In this document: positions 29,996-40,022 of the stretch, piece after piece | Position numbering within the stretch: the first letter of the stretch is position 1 | Layout of the letters: the number at the start of each line of letters is the position of its first letter | Origin: Patescibacteria group bacterium | GTDB taxonomy: Bacteria; Patescibacteriota; Patescibacteriia; GWA2-46-9 | Direction: 5' to 3' | Length of the DNA: 64,000 bases | Assembly (NCBI GenBank): GCA_041660005.1 | Contig: JBAZXG010000004.1 | Coordinates: 69,720-133,719, forward strand | Made by a program: the position numbers and the translations under genes | Notes under the pieces: model-generated | The model's input: the letters and a program-made list of their open reading frames with translations, nothing else | The model's database searches: none | What the model was told of the DNA's origin: nothing

Positions 29996-30964
29996 TCATC
30001 GAATTTTGGACAGAAAGTCCTCTACGCTTTGCTTTACCTCTTGAGTATTATTACATTCCATCAGCTCCAAGCGTAGGTCTCGCGCACCGGGAAATGAACC
30101 GAGATATGACTTAAAATGTTTCTTCATCATGGGAAACGGCTTAACGTCGCCGAGCATTTCTTCAAACGCTGCAGTGTGCTCAAGCATGACACGCAGACGA
30201 ACCTCGAGCGACGGCCTTTCAATTTCATTAAAAAACCATGGATTACCAAATATTGCCCTGCCAAACATAATGCCGTCACATCCCGTTGCCGCTACTTTTG
30301 CTCTGGCGTCCGCAATATCAGTAACGTCCCCATTACCTATAATGAACGTGCCACTGCCTCTTGCTAAGGTAACCGCTTCCGTAATAGTTTCCCAGTGCGC
30401 CGGCACCTTCGACATTTCTTGACGTGTGCGTGCATGAATGATGATGGCGGCCGGTTTTGTTTCAAGAAGTGCCGGAAGCCACAGAGCAAGATCGTTCGCG
30501 CGATAACCAATTCTTGTTTTTATGGAGATAGGCAAACCCGGCGCACCAACCCGCACCGCATAAATAAGTTCCTTTGCTAAATTGGGATTCTTTATTAAAG
30601 CAGCTCCTGCACCCTGCTTTTCAACGTTTCTGTCTGGGCATCCCATATTGATATCGATGCCATCAAAACCAAGTTCACTCACAAGACGCGCTGCCTCACG
30701 CATTTTTTCTGGCCGCGCACCAAAAAGCTGCGCCACAATCGGGTGTTCCCCCTCTCCATAGGATAAATCTCGCAACAACACACGCCGACCCGGAGAACAA
30801 AGCCCATCAGCGGAAACAAACTGCGTATACATCACATCCGGTTTTCCGTACTTGGCAATGATTCTGCGAAACGGTGGATCAGTGACATCAGCCATCGGCG
30901 CCAGCACAAAAAAGGGGCGGCTAAGTCCTCCCCAAAAACCGAGTTGATCTTTTTTTGTCTTCAC
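29996..30964 (-). CDS. dus: tRNA-dihydrouridine synthase
   Basis: LAPMADVTD, DINMGCP, KTRIG, HART, GNGDV and GRAIFGNPW motifs. Confidence 0.93.
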   Translation of the reverse strand: MKTKKDQLGFWGGLSRPFFVLAPMADVTDPPFRRIIAKYGKPDVMYTQFVSADGLCSPGRRVLLRDLSYGEGEHPIVAQLFGARPEKMREAARLVSELGFDGIDINMGCPDRNVEKQGAGAALIKNPNLAKELIYAVRVGAPGLPISIKTRIGYRANDLALWLPALLETKPAAIIIHARTRQEMSKVPAHWETITEAVTLARGSGTFIIGNGDVTDIADARAKVAATGCDGIMFGRAIFGNPWFFNEIERPSLEVRLRVMLEHTAAFEEMLGDVKPFPMMKKHFKSYLGSFPGARDLRLELMECNNTQEVKQSVEDFLSKIR

Positions 30965-31026
30965 CTTGAAAATATTTTGGCAGCGGCTGGTATGCTACGC
31001 GAAAACCACGCAACGGTCAACCGATA

Positions 31027-31767
31027 CTATGCAAGCCCCTTTAAATAGGAACGACGTTTTACTTCAGAAAACCGTTCAATTGCATACCGTAGCATGGTGC
31101 GCGGCATACGTTGATAGTAGCGCCGCAAAAAATCTTCCTCAGCACTGATGGAGCGTTTCCCCACTTCGCGGAGCATCCAACCAACTGCTTTATGAATTAA
31201 ATCGTGTTCTGAAGTTAAAAGTATTCTCGCAATTTTAAACGTATCCCTGAATTGATTGTTTTTTATAAATTGAAGGGTAGCAATAATTGCGATGCGTCTT
31301 TGCCAAACGTTTTTAGACCTGGCTAATGCATAGAGGGGCGCTTTCGTTCTTGCTGACAGGTAAGCCCCAACAATTTTACTAGCACTCATATCAACCAAAT
31401 CCCAATTGTTTATATAGGCAGTATTTTTTAGATAAAAAGTATAGATACGTTTTTGCTCAACGCCACTTCCCCTCTCGAATTTAGCTACCAACATAAACAA
31501 TGCTACTTGTCTCTCCTCGTGCATGGGTGAATGTAATAACAAAAGAATTTCAGACAACGTTGCGTCTTTATAAAACTTCTTTGCAATAACGCGCATGACC
31601 TTAACGGTGACCCCCATAAAAACATCACCCTCGCCATAGTCGCCCGGGCCAGTTTTAAAATAATGTTGCGAATGTCTCGCACGCGTAGCGCTCGCGTAGC
31701 TTCGGAGTAACTGGCGAATGCTTGAGAGACGATTCGCTCCAGCCGTTCGCATCATCCGTTTTGTCAT
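31027..31767 (-). CDS. AlkD-like DNA alkylation repair protein
   Basis: FKTGPGDYGEGD, NNWDLVD, HKAVGWMLRE and MPRTMLRYAIE motifs. Confidence 0.92.
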   Translation of the reverse strand: MTKRMMRTAGANRLSSIRQLLRSYASATRARHSQHYFKTGPGDYGEGDVFMGVTVKVMRVIAKKFYKDATLSEILLLLHSPMHEERQVALFMLVAKFERGSGVEQKRIYTFYLKNTAYINNWDLVDMSASKIVGAYLSARTKAPLYALARSKNVWQRRIAIIATLQFIKNNQFRDTFKIARILLTSEHDLIHKAVGWMLREVGKRSISAEEDFLRRYYQRMPRTMLRYAIERFSEVKRRSYLKGLA

Positions 31768-32345
31768 GCAATGATTCGCGGAACTTTTAAATAATGCTCG
31801 CGCGTCTCTTCGTCGCTTTGTTTAGCACTCTCTTCTCCGCTAACCGCTGACATTTGTTTTTCGTGATACGCGCGAATGGCGCGTTCGCACTGCTTTGGGT
31901 GAAGAATCCAAAGAAGCTCCAGATAGTCATGCTTGTCGACTTCTGGCCCAATTTTTAAAAATAGCGTTCCATAATTAAACGAGCGACCGAGCCATCCTTG
32001 ACGCAGTGTCATAGTTCGAATATGCCGTAAATCGCAGACAATTTCTCTGGCAACAATGATTCCACGAAATTCAACAATTTTGTCTGGCATCAAGTAGTAG
32101 TCAGTTTTTGCCCAATCGACAACCAAAAATACAACGAGGACCGACTGCAGTAAAAAAATTGCGACTGCAATGACCAGGAAGAGCAAAAGAATGATTGGAC
32201 GAATTTCAAAACCGCTTACAAAAAAGAAAGCAAGAAAGCCAAGATAGGCCGCATTTGCTAGAAATACCGTGGCTGAGACGCGACCTACTAACGGCACAAC
32301 ACTCTTCTTAATATGGTGTGCGGACGTGGGTAATCCTTGATCCAT
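31764..32345 (-). CDS. Membrane protein with bacterial PH-like domain
   Basis: Two TM helices, then Y.L...I...RGI...I..M..RQG.LGR.FNYG.L. Confidence 0.75.
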   Translation of the reverse strand: MDQGLPTSAHHIKKSVVPLVGRVSATVFLANAAYLGFLAFFFVSGFEIRPIILLLFLVIAVAIFLLQSVLVVFLVVDWAKTDYYLMPDKIVEFRGIIVAREIVCDLRHIRTMTLRQGWLGRSFNYGTLFLKIGPEVDKHDYLELLWILHPKQCERAIRAYHEKQMSAVSGEESAKQSDEETREHYLKVPRIIA

Positions 32346-32391
32346 GACTATTACGATAGCACTGGCGACTCCAGCAAACAACGGGTAGATC

Positions 32392-33387
32392 TCATTGAAA
32401 GTTAACGCCAGCTTGGTGAAGTTTCGCTATGCAATCTTTAGCGTTAATAAAAACAATACCACTCTGTATGCCGGCAGCAAGTGCGCCCTCTACGTTTCTT
32501 TCTTTATCATCGATATAAATTGTTGCTTCTGGTAAAACACCGAGAGATTTTAAAGCAGCAATAAAAATTTTTCTATCAGGCTTCAGAGAGTGCAGCTCTG
32601 ACGACACAGTAACACTGTCAAACGCCGTTTGAAGTGCAAAGCGAGCAAGAAGGCGACCAACAAACATTTTGGAAGAATTTGATAGGAGACCAACACGATA
32701 GCGCGGGCGCAACAAGTTGAGTACCTTAAGCATGTCTCCGTTGACGCGAGCGCTTTTCAAAACTCCGTTCTCAAATTCCTTCGCGTCAACATAAAAAGTG
32801 CTGGCAACTCGTGCCACAAACTCTCCATAGGGAATATCCCCTCGATCACTTTTTTCCGCAATTGCTAAAAACTCCTCTCGGCGCCCTGCAAACTGAGGCA
32901 CCTGTGCTGCCAGCCAATCCTCATGCAGCTGACCGAAGAAAATTCCAAAGCAGTCAAAAAGAACAGCACGAATTTTAGTCGTCGGTTTTGCACTAAGCGC
33001 AGCGTCTATTTCGGCAGCCGCTTTTGACGCCTTCGTTTTTACTAACCGCGCTTGTCGCTTCGCACCCTGCTCGGCTACTGAAGCAGAGCGTTCAATCCAA
33101 AAATGAAGCTCGTCTTTATCTTCGAGCACATCTTCAGGAAGTTCCCAGTACGGCAAGTGAACAACTCTGCCTCCGCTTTTATAACTGAACTGCTCGCAAT
33201 CCTTCTCCGTAAAATAAAAATCGGTAAACGAGTCGGCTTTAAAGTAGACGCGCTCATCGCGAACAATCCCAAAAACGATACCGTCTTTATAAAGCGCCAG
33301 AGCGCCAAAAAGTGGCCGCGCCGTTATGCCCGGCACCGCAGCCATTACGTCATGCAGGAGATAGTCACTAAATGAGCTTGAAACCAT
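32392..33387 (-). CDS. TfoX-N domain fused to a HAD-family phosphatase
   Basis: N-terminal ARPLFG..LY..G..FG...VYFK..Y.ELPEDVLED; C-terminal FDCFG, LSNS, KPD..IF and IDD..RNV motifs. Confidence 0.85.
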   Translation of the reverse strand: MVSSSFSDYLLHDVMAAVPGITARPLFGALALYKDGIVFGIVRDERVYFKADSFTDFYFTEKDCEQFSYKSGGRVVHLPYWELPEDVLEDKDELHFWIERSASVAEQGAKRQARLVKTKASKAAAEIDAALSAKPTTKIRAVLFDCFGIFFGQLHEDWLAAQVPQFAGRREEFLAIAEKSDRGDIPYGEFVARVASTFYVDAKEFENGVLKSARVNGDMLKVLNLLRPRYRVGLLSNSSKMFVGRLLARFALQTAFDSVTVSSELHSLKPDRKIFIAALKSLGVLPEATIYIDDKERNVEGALAAGIQSGIVFINAKDCIAKLHQAGVNFQ

Positions 33388-33414
33388 TCACCGTCGTCGA
33401 GGACAAACGTTTGC

Positions 33415-33630
33415 CTACTGTTGCACTGGCTTAACTTGCGGGCGCTTGCTGAAACCGAAAATGTAAATAATTTCGAGTATAGCGAGCGTATTAATGATGA
33501 GAAGTGCGATAAACCATTTCAGTTCTCCACGTCGAGCCGCTCGCCACAGCGCTACCCCTTTCCAAGGAATCGGCCATAGTAACAAAAGTACTAAAACAAA
33601 ATACGGATTCCCAAGTGTTGCGTCTAACAT
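33415..33630 (-). CDS. Small membrane protein (DUF5652-like)
   Basis: WKGVALWRAAR...WF..LL..NT..ILEIIY pattern. Confidence 0.8.
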   Translation of the reverse strand: MLDATLGNPYFVLVLLLLWPIPWKGVALWRAARRGELKWFIALLIINTLAILEIIYIFGFSKRPQVKPVQQ

Positions 33631-33648
33631 ATAAAAATGATTAAGAAA

Positions 33649-34521
33649 TTAAGATTTTTTTAAGAGTGGGGTAATGATACCTCGTGGGCCGTCAATGATA
33701 TCCCGTCGATTGTAGTCCTTGTCCCCAATACGAGCAAGTAATGTTTCTACTGTTCTTCGATGCATACTGAGAGACATTTCCCATTCTGCCAAAACTTTAC
33801 GCGCCTCAGGATTGCCCCTGACAATCTCACTAAATTCATCGAGTCTTGTTTTACAGAACTGCAAAAATTTCACTCTTCCTTCGAGCCAACTTTTAACCGA
33901 ATCAGGACGTTCATCTTCTGGAACTTCTGCAAGTACCTGAGCGCATTCAGTAACCCACTCTTCCCAAGGTTTAATAAAACCAGCAACATCAGCAAGTGCA
34001 AAAGCTTTTTCTGCTGGTGTCTCTGGTTTAATGCTTGGATTACCAAAGGTTGATGCAATGACGTCCCCTTGAATCAGTATTCGCTGGTACGTACCAAAGC
34101 CCTTACTAGCAGCGTACTCATCTGCTGCTACTGCAGCAAACTCTTCATTGCTTAGTCCGTCATCGCTCACGCGCAACGTTCTCCCTGAGTGACCATAATC
34201 ATGAAATGGCGGGGTCAAACGATGTGCCGCAACTTGCCAAGAGGGTAAATTAAGAAGAGGTAATAATTGCTCAAACCTTGGTGTCACTTCACGACCATGC
34301 GGCGCGTTATGATAAGTATTCGGACGCACTGCATCAATCCCCTCTTGCATGCGAAAAATTTCTTCCTGCATGGCTACAATTTCCGACTCTGAAAAATCTT
34401 TCCCTTCAGGTCGTATACCCTCGCGCTGAATTGCTTCGGCGAGCACCGGCGAAACGATTTTTTCAGCGTTGGGTGTTATGTCTCTTGGCTGCAATATTTG
34501 TGGCTCTTCCCGCTCTGGCAT
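33649..34521 (-). CDS. HD-domain metal-dependent phosphohydrolase (class I PDE-like motifs)
   Basis: YHNAPH, HDYGH, NEE and ADV motifs. Confidence 0.75.
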   Translation of the reverse strand: MPEREEPQILQPRDITPNAEKIVSPVLAEAIQREGIRPEGKDFSESEIVAMQEEIFRMQEGIDAVRPNTYHNAPHGREVTPRFEQLLPLLNLPSWQVAAHRLTPPFHDYGHSGRTLRVSDDGLSNEEFAAVAADEYAASKGFGTYQRILIQGDVIASTFGNPSIKPETPAEKAFALADVAGFIKPWEEWVTECAQVLAEVPEDERPDSVKSWLEGRVKFLQFCKTRLDEFSEIVRGNPEARKVLAEWEMSLSMHRRTVETLLARIGDKDYNRRDIIDGPRGIITPLLKKS

Positions 34522-34548
34522 ATATCTTTACACAATAATAACAACAAA

Positions 34549-34830
34549 CTAACGCTCTAGCTTTTCTTTAATGCGCCGTGTTGACCGACCCAGATACATT
34601 GTCACTAAAACGACGACAACAGTGACGAAAATGGCGTAGGCAAACTGCGCCCCAACGCTGTCCTGAGGTTGCGGAAAATAAATGGTAAAAACCAAACGAA
34701 TGGCGTCGTTCCAAGCCAAAGCAGCCACAAGACCGAGCCCGGCGGTAGCGAGCGTGCTTACTTTTTCAAGAATTTCGTTGAGAACGAGTAAGCGCTTCTC
34801 CTCTTTGATTGATACTGTTTCGTTTTCCAT
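34549..34830 (-). CDS. Small membrane protein (DUF5654-like)
   Basis: GLVAALAWNDAI...YAIFVT pattern. Confidence 0.8.
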   Translation of the reverse strand: MENETVSIKEEKRLLVLNEILEKVSTLATAGLGLVAALAWNDAIRLVFTIYFPQPQDSVGAQFAYAIFVTVVVVLVTMYLGRSTRRIKEKLER

Positions 34831-34833
34831 ACG

Positions 34834-35541
34834 TTAAAAATGAAGATAAGTTTGCCAATGTAAGAATAATTGATTGGTCGCAATGAGGTCACCAACATTA
34901 TAACGGGCAATGTCTAAATACCGACCGGCTTTAAAGTACGAGGCAACGTCTTCACCGTGCATTTCTTCTTTTGGGCTCTTGATGCCAAAGGCGCGGGTGG
35001 CAACGTGCAGATTCGGGCGCGGACGAAAGGCGCCGTAGAACGTCAGCTGTTCTAACAAATCGATATGCTGAGCAAAACTCTTTTGACTGCCAAGGTAACG
35101 GTTCGATAGCAAATCTTTTGTTGGTCGAATACCATGCACTGCGGAGCGAATCATCATAAACGGCGCATCGAAACTGCGCCCGTTGAAGCTGATAAACTCA
35201 TTGTACTGTTTAGCGCCTTCCCAAAAACGTTCTAGCATTTCTTTTTCACTCATGGGCTTGAAAGTGAAATCGCCCTCAGTCATATCTTCATGACTAGCTC
35301 CCGGCGCTTGGTAGTAAATAGTGCCTTTCTTTTTGTCGCTATCTAAAACACCGAGCACCACGATTTCTCCGGTAAAAGGCGAGAGCCCCATGCGCTCTTT
35401 CAACTGTGCCGTCAACGTGACACGCTCTTTTTCGTCCTCAGTATAGCGACGTACCCAAGCGGTAATCGCCTCCTGCGTGGCTTCATCGAGTTCCTGAAAA
35501 TCTTCTCCAACCGTTTCAATATCAAAAACGAGACGAGGCAT
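34834..35541 (-). CDS. DnaQ/PolB-like 3'-5' exonuclease domain protein
   Basis: ExoI FDIET, ExoII FNGRSFD and ExoIII YNVGD motifs. Confidence 0.88.
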   Translation of the reverse strand: MPRLVFDIETVGEDFQELDEATQEAITAWVRRYTEDEKERVTLTAQLKERMGLSPFTGEIVVLGVLDSDKKKGTIYYQAPGASHEDMTEGDFTFKPMSEKEMLERFWEGAKQYNEFISFNGRSFDAPFMMIRSAVHGIRPTKDLLSNRYLGSQKSFAQHIDLLEQLTFYGAFRPRPNLHVATRAFGIKSPKEEMHGEDVASYFKAGRYLDIARYNVGDLIATNQLFLHWQTYLHF

Positions 35542-35543
35542 AA

Positions 35544-36329
35544 CTAGTGTTTAGCTTGCGCTCTCGGCGACCAAGGCAAAAAAGTATTGGTTACCATTTT
35601 GTACTCCTGATACTCTGCGTTATCACGATAGCGTTCTTCAACGAGCGGCACACCCGACACTTTTAAAATAAGAACGGTCAGCAGTGCCGGTCCAACCAAT
35701 GCTATCCAACCATAAGGAAAAGCCAGTGCCATGATACCAATCCCCCACCATGAGACGACTTCGCCAAAATAATTCGGATGACGCGTGTAGTGCCACAGTC
35801 CTGTGGTCATGACCCTGTTGCGATGTTCTGGCACAACTAAAAAATGCCGAAGTTGAATATCGGCTACCGTCTCAAAAATAAGACCGGCGGTCCAAACTAA
35901 CGCACCAATGATCGCCACGATACTAATAGCGCCCACTGGGTCTGCGGTAATAATAGCAACGGGCAAGGCAACGATGAGTAATATTAATCCTTGCAGCATA
36001 AACACCTGCGCCCAGGCGCGAACGGTAGCGTACCGTCCCCAAGCGATGCGCCAACGTTGATAGCGCCCATCTTCTTGAGTTCTGAGCATGCGAGCAAAGA
36101 GGTAAAAACTCAACCGGAGCGACCACAAAGCCACCATTGATGCCACAAGAATGCCTGCCGGGTGGAAACCAACAACAATAAAGCCAGCCATGGCCACAAC
36201 AAGAAACCCCGGTCCCCAGGCAACGTCAGCAATATCGTTGCGTTTAAAAATAATCGCCAGCGCAAACGCAGCGTGCATATAGAGAAAGAGAGCAAACGCT
36301 GCCAAAAATACCGTTATTAGTACATTCAT
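35544..36329 (-). CDS. DUF1295 / steroid 5-alpha-reductase-like membrane protein
   Basis: ADVAWG, EDGRY, ADIQL, GLWHYTRHPNYFGE and SGVPL motifs. Confidence 0.9.
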   Translation of the reverse strand: MNVLITVFLAAFALFLYMHAAFALAIIFKRNDIADVAWGPGFLVVAMAGFIVVGFHPAGILVASMVALWSLRLSFYLFARMLRTQEDGRYQRWRIAWGRYATVRAWAQVFMLQGLILLIVALPVAIITADPVGAISIVAIIGALVWTAGLIFETVADIQLRHFLVVPEHRNRVMTTGLWHYTRHPNYFGEVVSWWGIGIMALAFPYGWIALVGPALLTVLILKVSGVPLVEERYRDNAEYQEYKMVTNTFLPWSPRAQAKH

Positions 36330-36425
36330 AGAAGTATTACTTGAAACTGCAATAATTGTAGCACGTTTGTTTCGACTAAAAAATTGCCGTAGGTGTCGTT
36401 TACCTCTATGATGAGCCTACCTATT

Positions 36426-36935
36426 ATGCAAATTCCCAAACGACGCGCCGAAGAAGAGGCGCGACAAAAAAAAGTTGTCGATCATCACTTAACCCCCGCG
36501 GCACTCGAACGCCTCAAAAAGGAGTTAAACGACTTGGAAAAGCGCGCCATCCCCGAAGGTGCGGCGGAACTCCATCGCACAGCCGAAATGGGTGACCTGT
36601 CGGAAAACGCCGCCTACCAGCACGCCAAGGACACTTTGCGGCGCTTACACAATCGCGTCCTCTCGCTGCGCTATCGCATCAACAACGCCGTTATTATTCA
36701 GCACGGTACGGACTCAATCGGACGCGTGAGCATCGGCACAACGGTTACAATTGAAATAAACGGTAAAGAAAAAACATTCGAAATTGTTGGCTCGTCAGAA
36801 ACACGGCCAGAGAAAGGAAGAATCTCTTACCTCTCCCCTTTGGGTGCCGCTTTACTCGGTCACATAGCCGGAGAGAGCGTTGTCGTAGAAACGCCGGACA
36901 GACAAGTTACCTATAAAATTATTGCTATCAACTAG
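36426..36935 (+). CDS. greA: Transcription elongation factor GreA/GreB
   Basis: GDLSENAAY and ISYLSPLGAALLG motifs; start taken at ATG 36426. Confidence 0.9.
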   Translation: MQIPKRRAEEEARQKKVVDHHLTPAALERLKKELNDLEKRAIPEGAAELHRTAEMGDLSENAAYQHAKDTLRRLHNRVLSLRYRINNAVIIQHGTDSIGRVSIGTTVTIEINGKEKTFEIVGSSETRPEKGRISYLSPLGAALLGHIAGESVVVETPDRQVTYKIIAIN

Positions 36936-36947
36936 ATACTGCCACCG

Positions 36948-38315
36948 CTATTTAAACCAAACGTTTTTTATATTTACGAACTCTCGAATACCATAGGAAG
37001 AAAGCTCTCGCCCGTAGCCAGATTTTTTTATGCCACCAAAAGGCGCGCGCGGATCTGACTTTACCTGCCCGTTCACAAAAACATTCCCCGCCTCAATCAG
37101 TGGCACTAAACGTTTTGCGCGGTCGTAATCTTCAGTAAAGAGCGACGCTCCGAGTCCATACGGCGTGTCATTGGCAACCGCTATTGCCTCCTCTTCATTT
37201 GCAATAACAATAATCGGCGCCACCGGACCAAACACCTCTTCGTCGTAGAGCGGCATACCTTTTTTTACCTTGACGACAACGCCCGGCTCAAAAAAATATC
37301 CACTTCCTGACTTTCGTTTAGCACCACATAAAATTTCAGCGCCTAACGCCATCGACTCTTTTACCTGACGATCGACGTCATCCAAAATTTGTTCGGTGGC
37401 AAGTGGCCCAACCTGTGTCGTTGCATCAGCTGGGTTCCCCACGACGAGCGCCTTGAACTTCTCTACAAGACCCCGAGTAAAGGCCTCAGCAATTTTTTCG
37501 TGCACAATGAAGCGCTTGGCAGCAATGCAACTCTGGCCCACGTTATTTTGTAAACGTGCCGCAGCTGCTGTCTCGACTGCGAGAAGAAGATTCGCGTCCT
37601 CAAGCACAATAAAAGGGTCGCTTCCGCCAAGTTCAAGAACTGTTTTCTTTATTTCTTCACCCGCCACGCGTGCGACTGCGCTCCCCGCTTTTTCGCTGCC
37701 CGTCAGCGTAACCGCTTTAACACGTGGGTCACGGATAAGCGCTTCTACCCGGCTGGATGAAATAAGTAAATTTTGAAAAACGCCGTTTGGAAAACCGCAC
37801 TCGGTAAACGCCGCAGCAATAGCTTCAGCGCACTGTGGAACGTTCGAGGCATGTTTGAGTAGACCAACATTACCCGCCATAATTGCCGGCGCTGCAAAAC
37901 GGTACACCTGCCAAAATGGAAAATTCCACGGCATGACTGCGAGAACTGTGCCGAGCGGATCAAACGCTACATAGCTTTCGCTCGCAAGCACGGCTGTCGG
38001 TTCATGGGCCAGCAGCGTTTCAGCATTCTCGGCATAGTAACGGCAGACGCTCGCGCACTTCTCAACTTCTGAAGCACCTGCTGCTACCGTTTTACCCATC
38101 TCCTCAGACATCAACTTGCCAAATTTTGTGCTATTCGCAACCAAGTAATCCGCCATTTTGAGCATCAATGCTGTGCGTTCAACAAACGTTGTTTTCCTCC
38201 ACACAACAAAGGTATCATTGGCTAGGGAGAGCGCGCGTTCAAGAGCTACGTCATTCATTTCTTCAAAGGTTTTTGTCACTTCAAGATTAGCAGGATTTTT
38301 AGATTGAATTGCCAT
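36948..38315 (-). CDS. gabD: NAD(P)-dependent succinate-semialdehyde dehydrogenase family aldehyde dehydrogenase
   Basis: MPWNFPFWQ, KHASNVP, ELGGSDP, GQSCIAAKRF, EEVFGP and SGYGRELS motifs. Confidence 0.85.
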   Translation of the reverse strand: MAIQSKNPANLEVTKTFEEMNDVALERALSLANDTFVVWRKTTFVERTALMLKMADYLVANSTKFGKLMSEEMGKTVAAGASEVEKCASVCRYYAENAETLLAHEPTAVLASESYVAFDPLGTVLAVMPWNFPFWQVYRFAAPAIMAGNVGLLKHASNVPQCAEAIAAAFTECGFPNGVFQNLLISSSRVEALIRDPRVKAVTLTGSEKAGSAVARVAGEEIKKTVLELGGSDPFIVLEDANLLLAVETAAAARLQNNVGQSCIAAKRFIVHEKIAEAFTRGLVEKFKALVVGNPADATTQVGPLATEQILDDVDRQVKESMALGAEILCGAKRKSGSGYFFEPGVVVKVKKGMPLYDEEVFGPVAPIIVIANEEEAIAVANDTPYGLGASLFTEDYDRAKRLVPLIEAGNVFVNGQVKSDPRAPFGGIKKSGYGRELSSYGIREFVNIKNVWFK

Positions 38316-38321
38316 AGATAC

Positions 38322-39974
38322 TTATGCAGGAGGACTAAAATGAGCTGTTTTGTTTCGTAGTGTCTGACCGAACGCCTTCATGTTTTCGCTATAGTCAATC
38401 GGACAATCAATAATTTGTATGCCTCCCTGCTCAATTGCCCGCTCAATGGCGGGTTTGAGGTCACTCGCCCTTTCAACTCTCGTGCCTATTGCTCCAAATG
38501 ATTCAGCAAGCTTAACAAAATCAGGATTGGCAAACGACAGACCAAAATCTTTTAGCTGCATCTCCTCTTGCTTCCAACGAATCATGCCATACCCTGAGTC
38601 GTTGATAATCAAAATCACGAGATCAAGATTCAAGCGCTTTGCCGTTTCAAGTTCGGCAACTCTCGTCATGAAGCCCCCATCTCCCGTCACCACTACAACC
38701 GGACGGTCAGGGTACAACAGTTTCGCAGCAATACCGCCAGGAAGCCCCGCACCCATAGTAGCGAGCGCGTTGTCCAGGAGCACGCTCGACTGTTCGTGCG
38801 CTGTATAATTTCGAGCAATCCAAATCTTGTACATGCCATTATCGAGGGAGAGTATGCCATTTTTTGGAACTGCGGCTCTGAGGTCATGCACCAATCGCTG
38901 TGGCTTAACAGGAAACGAATCATCATTAATTTTTTCAACACAGTCTTCTACCTCAGCCGCTCTCAGTTGCAAAAAAGGGGCGAAGTCCCAATGACCCTGA
39001 ACCTGAATCGCTTCAGTGATAGCCCAAAGCGAGTGCGATATGTCTCCTACTACTTCGCAGGTTGGAATATAAACGTCATCGATCACCGCCGGATAAAAAT
39101 TCAGGTGTAAAACTTTACAGTGTTCACCGGTTAACACAATGGGCGGTTTTTCTGTAATGTCATGACCGATAACCATCACGAGGTCCGCTCGCGACAAAGC
39201 AACGTGCATGTAGTCTCCGCTACTCAACGCCGCGGTGCCAAGATAAAGTTCGGACGACTCATCTTCAACCCCTTTGCCCATTTGTGTTGTGACAAAAGGA
39301 ATGCCGGTTTTTTGAATAAAGCTGCGTAGGTGCTTTCGAACGAGTTTGCGGTTTGCACCTGCGGCAATCAGAATAATCGGTTTCTGTGCCTTTTCTAGTT
39401 CTGCGACAGCCGTGCCAATGGCCTGCGGATCAGGACCGGGTCGACGAACTTTTTTTGCAGGAATGACCTCTGCCGTCGTTTCCTCAGCGGCAACATCTTC
39501 AGGTAGTTCAAGATGAACTGCCCCGGGTCGTTCAGCTTCGGCAACACGCACCGCTTCATACACTAAACTAGGAATCCGGTCGCCGCTCACAATTGTGGCA
39601 GAAAATTTAGTGATAGGTTCCATCATCCGCACCGTGTCAATAATTTGAAACCTTCCCTGCTTACTTTTGCGAATGGGTTTTTGACCCGTCACAACCAGAA
39701 GCGGCATTCCCCCAAGCTGAGCGTAGGCAACGCCGGTCGTGAGGTTCGTTGCTCCCGGGCCGAGGGTGGTAAGGGCAACACCAATCTTGCCGGTAAGCCG
39801 GCCAACAGTAGCAGCCATAAACGCAGCCGCTTGCTCGTCACGCGTTACCACAAAAGTAATTGATGACGAGCGAATGGCATCAAGAAGGTCCAACGTTTCT
39901 TCGCCTGGTATGCCGAAAATATAACGAACGCCCTCTTGCTCAAGGCATTGAACAAAAAGCTGTGCAGCAGTCAT
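38322..39974 (-). CDS. ThDP-dependent enzyme, acetolactate-synthase-like (possible 2-oxoacid/2-oxoglutarate decarboxylase)
   Basis: FGIPGEE, RDEQ, TLGPGATN, LDNALATMG and GDGGF..N ThDP motifs; start at ATG 39974. Confidence 0.88.
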   Translation of the reverse strand: MTAAQLFVQCLEQEGVRYIFGIPGEETLDLLDAIRSSSITFVVTRDEQAAAFMAATVGRLTGKIGVALTTLGPGATNLTTGVAYAQLGGMPLLVVTGQKPIRKSKQGRFQIIDTVRMMEPITKFSATIVSGDRIPSLVYEAVRVAEAERPGAVHLELPEDVAAEETTAEVIPAKKVRRPGPDPQAIGTAVAELEKAQKPIILIAAGANRKLVRKHLRSFIQKTGIPFVTTQMGKGVEDESSELYLGTAALSSGDYMHVALSRADLVMVIGHDITEKPPIVLTGEHCKVLHLNFYPAVIDDVYIPTCEVVGDISHSLWAITEAIQVQGHWDFAPFLQLRAAEVEDCVEKINDDSFPVKPQRLVHDLRAAVPKNGILSLDNGMYKIWIARNYTAHEQSSVLLDNALATMGAGLPGGIAAKLLYPDRPVVVVTGDGGFMTRVAELETAKRLNLDLVILIINDSGYGMIRWKQEEMQLKDFGLSFANPDFVKLAESFGAIGTRVERASDLKPAIERAIEQGGIQIIDCPIDYSENMKAFGQTLRNKTAHFSPPA

Positions 39975-40022
39975 AGGATATCCAGTATAGCACCCCAGCG
40001 TCTTAACCTCGAAATTCAACCG

